A stretch of 64,000 nt of DNA from an uncultured Clostridium sp. Its GTDB lineage: Bacteria > Bacillota > Clostridia > TANB77 > CAG-508. The notes below the pieces were generated by a model. That model was not told the origin of the DNA. It saw nothing but the letters and a program-made list of their open reading frames with translations, and searched no databases. Within the stretch, counting starts at the first letter, position 1, and each line of letters opens with the position of its first letter. Location of the stretch: assembly GCA_947064765.1 (NCBI GenBank), contig CAMSWH010000003.1, forward strand, positions 9,990 through 73,989, given 5' to 3'. This document shows, piece by piece, positions 9,333 through 16,458 of this stretch. The position numbers and the translations under genes were made by a program.

Positions 9333-10133
9333 TTAATCCTTTTTTATATAATCCTTAGTTAAATCTTCTACTACTTCAAATCTATGTTTTTGTCCTGTTA
9401 CATTGTCTTTTCTATTTTCATCAATTTCTTCAAAAAACATTTTTGCAGGCCTTGTCCAAAGCATTGAGTCTTCTCTTTCATACAGTGGTCTATATACTAT
9501 TATATCTTCCTTAGTTTCTGAATCCATACTTATATTTTCTATAAAATAATAATTTCCTTTAAAATGTCTAACTACTTTTCCTATAAAATCAACATAGATT
9601 TTTGATCCTACTGTTCCATCTTCATTTTGATACATTGGAGTTTTCTCATTACTATATATTAAATCATCTGTAATTCCATCTGTTAATTCTTCAAATACTA
9701 TCTGACCTATTCTCATTCCTGGTTTCATTTTATAAGTATTTGGAGATAAATTGTACATTGCAATATTTAAAATTCCTTCATATCCTGCATTTATATGTTG
9801 AAAATTTATTACTATTCCTAATCTACTTAAAGATGTTCTTGGTCTAATATGTGCAACCATATTACTCGTAAGTTTTACTTTTTCATTAAGTATAACAAAA
9901 ATTACTTCATTAGGTTTAAAATTATAGCTCTCTTTTATTTCAATTTTTTCATACATATTTTCTATTTTTTCAGGCTCTGATAAATCAATTGCTTTAAATG
10001 TTTTCTTAATTTTTAAAATCTCACTACTCATTGATATATCACAAGATCCTGAACTAATATATTCTTTATTACAATTTTCTAATATATTTTCTTCATCAAT
10101 TAATTTTCTTATATCATTTCCATTAAATATCAT
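9333..10133 (-). CDS. dCTP deaminase (Dcd)-like domain fused to a C-terminal DUF1653 domain
   Basis: The N-terminal ~190 aa align by eye to Dcd (DIRKLIDEENI; RPRTSLSRLG; KPGMRIGQIVFEEL; YQNEDGTVGSKI). The C-terminal VRHFKGNYYFI...SETKEDIIVYRPL...MFFEE...VTGQKHRFE is DUF1653. Start set at ATG 10133, 5 nt after GGAGG. The track start 10145 is a TTG inside the RBS. Confidence 0.75.
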   Translation of the reverse strand: MIFNGNDIRKLIDEENILENCNKEYISSGSCDISMSSEILKIKKTFKAIDLSEPEKIENMYEKIEIKESYNFKPNEVIFVILNEKVKLTSNMVAHIRPRTSLSRLGIVINFQHINAGYEGILNIAMYNLSPNTYKMKPGMRIGQIVFEELTDGITDDLIYSNEKTPMYQNEDGTVGSKIYVDFIGKVVRHFKGNYYFIENISMDSETKEDIIVYRPLYEREDSMLWTRPAKMFFEEIDENRKDNVTGQKHRFEVVEDLTKDYIKKD

Positions 10134-10249
10134 ATTTTCCTCCAAACATATTATTTTTATATTTTCATCTTATGTTTAAATATAATATTATTAAAAATCT
10201 TATTATTCAAATAAAACTTTTTAGTAAAAATCATTTTACTTTTCCATAA

Positions 10250-10495
10250 ATACAAAAAAATCCTTATGCAAAATTGCATAAGGGCGAATATTTCGCGGTA
10301 CCACCTTTTTTTAGATTAAAATAAATTAATCTTCTCATTATATTGCTATAACCTGCAACAACTCGGTCTAGTTTACTAGAAACATTTTAAGAGTAGATTT
10401 CATAAATACTTTTATCTATTTACACCTGCCATAGACTCTCTTTAAAAAGTTTATTTATTACTTAGTTCTTAATCAATCGTCTTAAATATTATGTA
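10250..10495 (-). promoter_or_regulatory. T-box riboswitch leader, candidate Ser (UCU) specifier
   Basis: Minus-strand RNA shows, in order: an AGUA S-turn; the AAAGAGAGUC AG bay; the distal loop GGCAGGUGUAA; the specifier region GAAAUCUAC; stem III GAUUAA/UUAAUC; the T-box AAAAAGGUGGUACCGCG (plus 10294-10310); and the terminator CCUUAUGCAAUUUUGCAUAAGG plus U7 (plus 10254-10283). Confidence 0.85.
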
Positions 10496-10499
10496 ATAC

Positions 10500-10527
10500 A
10501 TTATAACATATTTTTATAATTTGTAAA
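10500..10527 (-). promoter_or_regulatory. promoter of the T-box leader
   Basis: Minus strand TTTACA (10522-10527), 16 nt ending in TGT, TATAAT (10500-10505). Confidence 0.5.
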
Positions 10528-10571
10528 TACTTGATTTATAAATAGATAAAATTTATATATAATTTTCAATT

Positions 10572-10604
10572 ATAAAAAATGCTAAACGGGCCTTTTGCAG
10601 CCCG
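10572..10604 (-). terminator. terminator after the 67-aa orphan
   Basis: Minus strand CGGGCUGCAAAAGGCCCG hairpin (plus 10587-10604) followed by UUUAGCAUUUUUU. Confidence 0.55.
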
Positions 10605-10646
10605 CCTCGCACTTTAAAAACTCCCCTATAATTCCGCTGTTTGCAC

Positions 10647-10850
10647 CTATTCGTAAGCTCTTACCTCAATGCCTGACTTTCCATACATAAGTCTCCCATA
10701 GGACAATTTGAGCATCGGCGGTAATACAAGTTCCTCTGCCGCTGTCTCTGACCATATTACAGAGGTACTTCTGCTTGAAAGACCGATATTTGCAAACGGA
10801 TTTAAGAGTTGCAATTTGTGGGTTACTGTGTTAAATTCTTGCTGATTCAT
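10647..10850 (-). CDS. 67-aa hypothetical protein in a GC-rich islet
   Basis: ORF-track ORF with AAAGGAG 8-9 nt upstream of the ATG, plus its own extended -10 (TGTTATAAT) and terminator. No recognisable motif. Confidence 0.4.
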   Translation of the reverse strand: MNQQEFNTVTHKLQLLNPFANIGLSSRSTSVIWSETAAEELVLPPMLKLSYGRLMYGKSGIEVRAYE

Positions 10851-10974
10851 GTTGTTTTATCTCCTTTTCTCCCACACTAGGCAGTGGGCTCCATAAATAA
10901 TAATTTAAATTTTTCCACTACCCTATATATAAGAAACAACTATGTGTTCCAATATATTTATTATAACATATTTA

Positions 10975-11012
10975 CAAAAAATGCTCAAGCTAACATATAT
11001 TTTAGCTTGAGC
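10975..11012 (-). terminator. terminator after the 95-aa orphan
   Basis: GCTCAAGCTA (10983-10992) / TAGCTTGAGC (11003-11012), with a U-run on the minus strand (plus A-run 10975-10981). Confidence 0.65.
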
Positions 11013-11084
11013 AATCATATTTAATTTCTATTTATATGAATCTTAGTTGCCTTAAATATTTTCATATAAAAGGCAACATCTCAT

Positions 11085-11372
11085 TCACTTTTTCTTGAAA
11101 GATTTGAGTTTGGGATTTGTAATTCTTACTTCTATCTCATACTCTGTACTTCCTTGGCTTTGAAATCTTAACTTTTTATACTTTCTTTTAAGTTTTTCAA
11201 AAGCTTCTTCAAACCAATCTTCTTGGAATGCAATAAAAAGATCATCAATTTCTTTTTCTGTTATCTTTTTACTTACATCTATCACCGTTAGCCGGCAATA
11301 TCCTACTTCATAAGAGCCCTGATTCCACATTTCCCTAATCCCTTGCCTATTGTACGTATTTGCTTCTGCCAT
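11085..11372 (-). CDS. 95-aa hypothetical protein, paralog of the 108-aa ORF at 12536-12862
   Basis: RBS GGAGAAAAGGG, extended -10 TGCTATAAT upstream. Shares GYCRLTVIDVS / WFEEAFEKL / EVRIT blocks with the 108-aa ORF. Confidence 0.5.
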   Translation of the reverse strand: MAEANTYNRQGIREMWNQGSYEVGYCRLTVIDVSKKITEKEIDDLFIAFQEDWFEEAFEKLKRKYKKLRFQSQGSTEYEIEVRITNPKLKSFKKK

Positions 11373-11529
11373 ACTGCCCTTTTCTCCAATTCTAATAGTT
11401 TTTTCAATAAATTATTATAGCATAAAATAAAAAAAAGTAAATAATTTAATAAAGTTTTTTCCTTATTAATCATCTACTTTTATATTCTACATATTCCTTA
11501 TAAATAAAGCTTTCCAAAGATTCTAGTTA

Positions 11530-12282
11530 TTACATCTCAGGTCCATCACTATAGCTTTTCTTATCACTTGTTTCGCCAAAATATGGTATACTATAAATCT
11601 TCATAATTTCATCTACAGATTTTGCATATAAAATTTCACCAAAATCCGAATATTTTTGTACATCTAAAACATTTGCAGTTGAATATTCATCAGAATTTCT
11701 AAATCCACTTTTTCTTCTCATTTCATTTCTGTTTTTCCATATTTCTAATAAATCTCTTCTATATTTTTCTATATTAGGAGATGTTTGCATATCTGAAAAA
11801 CATGGCATTATTGCTACAATTCCATTATTATTAATCATTTTTGTAAAATCATTAAAAAATCTTTCATCCGCATCTAAAGTATATTGTACTACTAATTCCA
11901 TTGCTTCTCCTTGCCAGTCTTCACCTTTTTGCATTAAACTACTTAAATACTTCAAATTATTTTGATATGTAGTATAATAACTTTCTTCTTGTATACTATC
12001 TTTTATATTTCCTGTTGCTGGATCTACACTACCTCTTCTTGTAAGTGGAAAATCTGGATCATTAGGCTTATCTGTAAATCTTGCATAATATTTACAAGCT
12101 TCTATAAAAGCTCTATCTTCTGGAATAATAGAATCCCATGATACAAAAATTCTATCTGTATCATCTTCTGGGTATCTTAAAACTTGTACCAAAAACCTAC
12201 TATCTCTAATTTTGTAGTCATCATGACCATTATTATGTGTTCCTGGCATTTCATCACAAAGTACAAGTAATTTTCCATCCAT
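11530..12282 (-). CDS. 250-aa conserved-looking hypothetical protein, translationally coupled to DUF951
   Basis: Host-like composition. AAAGGAG RBS overlaps the DUF951 stop, with a 17-nt gap. No motif recognised. Confidence 0.7.
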   Translation of the reverse strand: MDGKLLVLCDEMPGTHNNGHDDYKIRDSRFLVQVLRYPEDDTDRIFVSWDSIIPEDRAFIEACKYYARFTDKPNDPDFPLTRRGSVDPATGNIKDSIQEESYYTTYQNNLKYLSSLMQKGEDWQGEAMELVVQYTLDADERFFNDFTKMINNNGIVAIMPCFSDMQTSPNIEKYRRDLLEIWKNRNEMRRKSGFRNSDEYSTANVLDVQKYSDFGEILYAKSVDEIMKIYSIPYFGETSDKKSYSDGPEM

Positions 12283-12299
12283 ATTATTACTATTCTCCT

Positions 12300-12470
12300 T
12301 TATTTTTTTATTATTATTTTTAATGCTTTTTCACGTGGAAGAACAACTACATGCTGGCATCCACAACATTTAAGTTTAAAATCCACACCTACTCTTGTTA
12401 TTTCCCATTCTTTACTTCCACATGGATGCTGTTTTTTAGTTTTAACTATATCCCCAATATTATATTCCAC
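12300..12470 (-). CDS. DUF951 family small protein (56 aa, GTG start)
   Basis: Not in the ORF track. The minus-strand frame from GTG 12470 (GAGG 6 nt upstream) reads VEYNIGDIVKTKKQHPCGSKEWEITRVGVDFKLKCCGCQHVVVLPREKALKIIIKK. The GD.V..KK.HPCGS..W...R.G.D...KC..C pattern is characteristic of DUF951. Confidence 0.7.
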   Translation of the reverse strand: MEYNIGDIVKTKKQHPCGSKEWEITRVGVDFKLKCCGCQHVVVLPREKALKIIIKK

Positions 12471-12535
12471 ATTCTACCTCTATATATAAATTTATTAAAT
12501 TTCATATTTTTTCGCTGTTTCCAGCGAAGCCACAT

Positions 12536-12862
12536 CTAGTGGCCTCTAAAAAAAACAGCAATTAATCTTCTAATGCTCCACCGCTTCGTAATTCTTACCT
12601 CTGCAGTTAGATCATTTCCTTGTTCTGAAATTTTGACAAATGTGATATATCTCTTACTGCTAAATTTCTCTTTAACTCTTGTTTTAAGCCTATAATTTTT
12701 AAAAGCCTCAAAGAGTTCTTTAAGAGTTTCTTCTCGATAATCTGTATCTCTCAGCACTCCAGAACTATCTACTACGTTAAGTTCGTAGTATCTCTCCTGC
12801 AAGTAAACCTCCTTTTGTGAGCTTGAAATCTCATAAATTTTTGGTTTTAACAAGTTATTCAT
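12536..12862 (-). CDS. 108-aa hypothetical protein, paralog of the 95-aa ORF
   Basis: GGAGG RBS. Promoter TTGAGG-16-TATAAT (minus). Blocks RYYELNVVDSS / ELFEAFKNY / EVRIT. The C-terminal tail (IAVFFRGH) runs into hairpins, so the end is uncertain. Confidence 0.5.
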   Translation of the reverse strand: MNNLLKPKIYEISSSQKEVYLQERYYELNVVDSSGVLRDTDYREETLKELFEAFKNYRLKTRVKEKFSSKRYITFVKISEQGNDLTAEVRITKRWSIRRLIAVFFRGH

Positions 12863-13050
12863 TATTTCTACCTCCTAACTTGCTCTCAGGACAACATTGT
12901 TACTTTCCTATTATATCATAAAAACATCTATGCCTCAAGATTATAAGTACATTTTAATTGTTGATTTTATGTAAATTACTTTTTTAGAACAAAAGTAGAC
13001 TATATTTAAATGCAAAATAAAAAACTTTACTAAATCATCCATGTATTTGT

Positions 13051-13088
13051 AAAAAAAGTGATAAGAAAAATATCTTATCACTTTTTTA
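13051..13088 (-). terminator. gltX terminator
   Basis: AGTGATAAGA (13057-13066) / TCTTATCACT (13073-13082), with a U8 run on the minus strand. Confidence 0.7.
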
Positions 13089-13151
13089 TTTCATATTAAA
13101 AACTAATAATAGCTCTATAAAATTCTATAAATTTATAAATCTATCAAAATA

Positions 13152-14780
13152 TTAAATTCTATTTTTTATTTCATCTATTCCTAAAACTTGCATTATTTCA
13201 TAAAGATCTGGTGTATTACTTCTTCCAGTTATTTTTACTCTTATAACTGTACTTATATCACCTACATAACCTTTATATGAATCTGGATTTGCTTTATATT
13301 CCTTTACTTCTCTTGCATATCCAAATTCTTCTGCTAAATCTTTCATTTTATCAAACCATGTTTGTTTATCATCTGATTCATTATAATATTTTTCAAAATA
13401 TGTTTTTAATATTTTTTCTATTTCATCTTTATCAGTTATTTTTTGATATTCATATTCTGAATTTGTTTTAAATTTTTCAGGATACATGTAATAAATAATA
13501 TTTTTTACATCAGACCATTTTGCTATATCTTTACGAGGTTTTACATTTCCTCTTTCAATTCCTAAAACTTTTAAAGAATATTCTTTATTTGCTAGCATCT
13601 CTGCAAGTTCTTCATCATATTCTTTTGCCCATTCTAAAGCTTCATTGTAGACTTTCTCTGCTGAATATCTTGAAATAACATTTTTTGATACATCAAGCAT
13701 TTTTACCATATCAAAAAGTGCCCCACTTACACTCATTTTCTTTAAATCAAATGGAAATTCATACATTGATTTATCTGGATTTTGTTTTCTCCAAATTTCA
13801 AAATTTGAATTTGCAATATTCATTAAATATTCTAAAACTGAATCTTTAGGAATTCCCTCTTCTTTATAGTAGCTTACAGCTGATTCTGGATCTTTTCTTT
13901 TACTTAATTTACGTTTGCCTTCTCCATCCATTTTCATCATTGGAGCTATATGAGCATATTTAGGAGCTTTAAATCCCATTACATAGAAAAGTTGTAAATG
14001 TAGTGGAACTGAAGCAAGCCATTCATCTGCTCTTATTACCATATTTGTTCCCATTAAATGATCATCAACTAAATGTGCAAAATGATATGTTGGTAATCCA
14101 TCAGATTTTATTATTACTATATCTTGATCATTTTCGGGAAAATCAACACTTCCTTTAATTGCATCTTTATGTTTTATTTTTTTATCTGGATTTCCTGGTG
14201 ACTTAAATCTCACTATATATGAATCACCATTTTTTATTTTTTCAATAGCCATATCTACTGGCATATTTCTACATTTTGTCCATTTCCCATAATATCCTGT
14301 TCTTTCCTTTGCTTTTTCTTGATCCCCTCTAATTTTTTCTAAATCTTCTGAACTGCAAAAACAAGGATACGCATTTCCTTCTTCAAGCAATTTTTTTGCA
14401 TAAGATTGATATATATCTTTTCTTAAAGATTGTTTATATGGTCCATATTCACCATAATCCACATTATTTTCATCTATATATTCATCAGGTGATAAATCAA
14501 AATCTTTCAAAGCATCTAAGATTTGTTTTGTTCCACCCTCTACTTCTCTTTTTTGGTCTGTATCTTCAATTCTTACGAAAAATACTCCATTATCTTTTGC
14601 CATAAGTTTTGCAATTAAACTTTGATAAATTCCACCAATATGAACAAATCCTGTTGGACTTGGTGCAAATCTTGTTACAATAGCTCCCTCTGGTAAATTT
14701 CTTGATTTATATTTTTCTTCATAATAAGTGTAATCCTTTACATCTGGAAATATTAAATTTGCTAAATCTTTATTATCCAT
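13152..14780 (-). CDS. gltX: glutamate--tRNA ligase (long clostridial form)
   Basis: 542 aa. Class I HIGH (PSPTGFVHIGG) and KMSKS-like (KLSKRK) motifs, GluRS-type catalytic core. Confidence 0.9.
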   Translation of the reverse strand: MDNKDLANLIFPDVKDYTYYEEKYKSRNLPEGAIVTRFAPSPTGFVHIGGIYQSLIAKLMAKDNGVFFVRIEDTDQKREVEGGTKQILDALKDFDLSPDEYIDENNVDYGEYGPYKQSLRKDIYQSYAKKLLEEGNAYPCFCSSEDLEKIRGDQEKAKERTGYYGKWTKCRNMPVDMAIEKIKNGDSYIVRFKSPGNPDKKIKHKDAIKGSVDFPENDQDIVIIKSDGLPTYHFAHLVDDHLMGTNMVIRADEWLASVPLHLQLFYVMGFKAPKYAHIAPMMKMDGEGKRKLSKRKDPESAVSYYKEEGIPKDSVLEYLMNIANSNFEIWRKQNPDKSMYEFPFDLKKMSVSGALFDMVKMLDVSKNVISRYSAEKVYNEALEWAKEYDEELAEMLANKEYSLKVLGIERGNVKPRKDIAKWSDVKNIIYYMYPEKFKTNSEYEYQKITDKDEIEKILKTYFEKYYNESDDKQTWFDKMKDLAEEFGYAREVKEYKANPDSYKGYVGDISTVIRVKITGRSNTPDLYEIMQVLGIDEIKNRI

Positions 14781-14841
14781 ATAAACTCCTCTTTTCTCTT
14801 TTAAATCTTTTCAATTATATCAAAGTTATTTATTTTTTTCA

Positions 14842-14953
14842 AGACACGGAGACTTAGGTTTTGTCTAAAATATTAAAAAACAATAATTAAATATTAAATA
14901 TAGTCAATTTATATATTTATTTTGTTTTAGACAAAACCTAAGTCCCCGTGTCT
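14842..14953. repeat. REPIN-like long palindromic element, copy A
   Basis: Arms AGACACGGAGACTTAGGTTTTGTCTAAAA (14842-14870) and TTTTAGACAAAACCTAAGTCCCCGTGTCT (14925-14953). 29 bp, 1 mismatch, 54-nt AT loop. Confidence 0.8.
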
Positions 14954-14968
14954 ACAATAATTTATATT

Positions 14969-15631
14969 TTATAAAATTTTCAATAGTTCTTTCATATCTT
15001 TTATAACTACATAATTTTCTACTTTTACTTCTTTATTATCCCTTTTTCCATTGTAATCATAAAGAATAGATTTCATACCTATATTGCTTGCAGCAGCAAT
15101 ATCTTTTGCCTTTGTATCTCCTATTAGCATACACTCTTCTGGAATAGTACCTAGTTCATCTAATATTTTCTGAAAAGCACTTTTAAAAGGTTTGCTTCCA
15201 TATACATCAGCACTAAATATCTTTTTGAAATATTTAGAATATCCTATTGTTTCAATCCTTTTAATTTGAGAATTTTTAAAATAATTTGTATAAATATATA
15301 AATTATACTTTTCTGATAATTTACTAACAATATCTTCTGTTAATATAATTCTTTTTGTCCATTTTTCTGCTGCTTTAATAAGATCATCCATAAGGTTATA
15401 TGAATAATTTTTATTCATATAATTATTAATAAAATCTATCATCTTCTTTTTATCATATATGTTATCCTCTTCAGTAAAATCTCTTTCATATTGGTCTATT
15501 GCAACATATACATCTAAATAGTCTTCTTCATTATATCCATATTTTTTTAAAGCTTCTTTATACTCTTCAGCATCACTTTTATCATCTTTTATTATTGTAT
15601 CATCTAAGTCAAAAAATAAATTCTTAATCAT
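14969..15631 (-). CDS. HAD superfamily hydrolase
   Basis: 220 aa. Motif I FFDLDDTII and a C-terminal GDT..D motif (LIGDTKAKDI). Confidence 0.8.
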   Translation of the reverse strand: MIKNLFFDLDDTIIKDDKSDAEEYKEALKKYGYNEEDYLDVYVAIDQYERDFTEEDNIYDKKKMIDFINNYMNKNYSYNLMDDLIKAAEKWTKRIILTEDIVSKLSEKYNLYIYTNYFKNSQIKRIETIGYSKYFKKIFSADVYGSKPFKSAFQKILDELGTIPEECMLIGDTKAKDIAAASNIGMKSILYDYNGKRDNKEVKVENYVVIKDMKELLKIL

Positions 15632-15639
15632 TTTTCCTC

Positions 15640-16059
15640 CTAAATTTTTTTAGAAATAATTACATTACTTACTAAAAAGATTATTAATTGTGCTCCAATT
15701 AGCCATCCTAAATATACACCATATTCAAGGTTTGCACAAACTAATCCTATTGCTAAAAAAGCCTCTAAAAACATACTTAATCTAAAAGAAATAGCCATTG
15801 CTTTTGTACAAATTGTAACTTTTCTTTCATCAGTTTCTTCTATTTCTCTTTTTCTCATTTTTTCTGGATTTTTTAAAGCTATTATATTCTTTACTAATAA
15901 TATAAAACTTCCTAACCCCAAACTTGTTCCAAAACCAGTCATAAATCCACTTTGCACCTCACTAAGGTTTTCAAGCGCTAATGCTAAAACTAAAACTATA
16001 ATTCCTATTACTACACAAATTGATGATATAACACATTTTATTTTTAATTTTCTTTCCAT
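15640..16059 (-). CDS. small integral membrane protein partnered with the XRE regulator
   Basis: 139 aa with about 4 predicted TM segments. Its start abuts the stop of the upstream HTH gene. Confidence 0.6.
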   Translation of the reverse strand: MERKLKIKCVISSICVVIGIIVLVLALALENLSEVQSGFMTGFGTSLGLGSFILLVKNIIALKNPEKMRKREIEETDERKVTICTKAMAISFRLSMFLEAFLAIGLVCANLEYGVYLGWLIGAQLIIFLVSNVIISKKI

Positions 16060-16260
16060 TTATTTATCCTCCTCATAAATAAAAACTTCCTCGATAGATT
16101 TTCCAAAATGATTAGCAATTTTAAAAGCTAGTAATATAGAAGGATTATACTTCTCTTTTTCTATTGAAATAATCGTCTGTCTTGTTACTCCTAAAATATT
16201 AGCTAAATCTTCTTGTTTTTCATTTAACAATTTCCTAAATTCTTCAACTCTATTTTTCAA
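16060..16260 (-). CDS. XRE-family helix-turn-helix transcriptional regulator (YozG-like)
   Basis: 66 aa. QEDLANILGVTRQTIISIEKEKYNPS is a classic Cro/C1 HTH. Confidence 0.8.
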   Translation of the reverse strand: MKNRVEEFRKLLNEKQEDLANILGVTRQTIISIEKEKYNPSILLAFKIANHFGKSIEEVFIYEEDK

Positions 16261-16283
16261 TCTATCACTCTCCTTATTTTCAA

Positions 16284-16305
16284 AAAGTAAAGTTAACTTT
16301 ACTTT
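16284..16305. promoter_or_regulatory. perfect 22-bp palindrome, probable operator of the XRE regulator
   Basis: AAAGTAAAGTT|AACTTTACTTT lies immediately downstream of a minus-strand TATAAT and 24 nt upstream of the regulator start. Confidence 0.45.
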
Positions 16306-16410
16306 ATTATAGTATTATTATTTTATAATGTCAAGCATACTTTACATTTTTCGTTTACTATTTTATAAAATTTAAATTCTATTCGTAATCACTTTGGCAA
16401 CAAATTAATA

Positions 16411-16446
16411 GAAAAAAATAATACCAAGCAATAAAAAGCTTGGTAT
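16411..16446 (-). terminator. RNase J terminator
   Basis: ATACCAAGC (16421-16429) / GCTTGGTAT (16438-16446), with a U-run on the minus strand. Confidence 0.7.
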
Positions 16447-16458
16447 TTATATATTTTA

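Noticed and set aside
10560-10900. The GC-rich segment might be a structured RNA gene (RNase P, SRP/4.5S, tmRNA, 6S) or a cobalamin riboswitch, because GGAAAGTCAGGC and GCCCACTGCC resemble RNase P P4 and the B12 box.
   Set aside because: The other universally conserved blocks are missing: GGUAAACCCC and ACAGAA..GGCUUA for RNase P, GGUGCUGUUU/AGCAGC for SRP, the tag ORF and CCA end for tmRNA, and the GGUG.AA.UCC core for B12. A well-signalled 67-codon ORF fills the segment. It is kept as a hypothetical CDS.
12505-12535. Hairpins TTCGCTG/CAGCGAA and GCCAC/GTGGC after the 108-aa ORF might form its rho-independent terminator.
   Set aside because: On the coding (minus) strand the hairpin is followed by an A-run, not a U-tract, so it is not listed as a terminator.
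12351-12539. 62-aa plus-strand ORF from the track.
   Set aside because: It is a low-complexity hydrophobic translation of AT-rich DNA with no RBS. The opposite strand encodes a convincing DUF951 protein.
13011-13050. A shared ~18-nt string (TGCAAAA.AAAACTTTACTA) lies downstream of both gltX (13011-13035) and leuS (32374-32392).
   Set aside because: There are only two copies, they are AT-rich and have no associated structure, so chance similarity cannot be excluded without genome-wide statistics.
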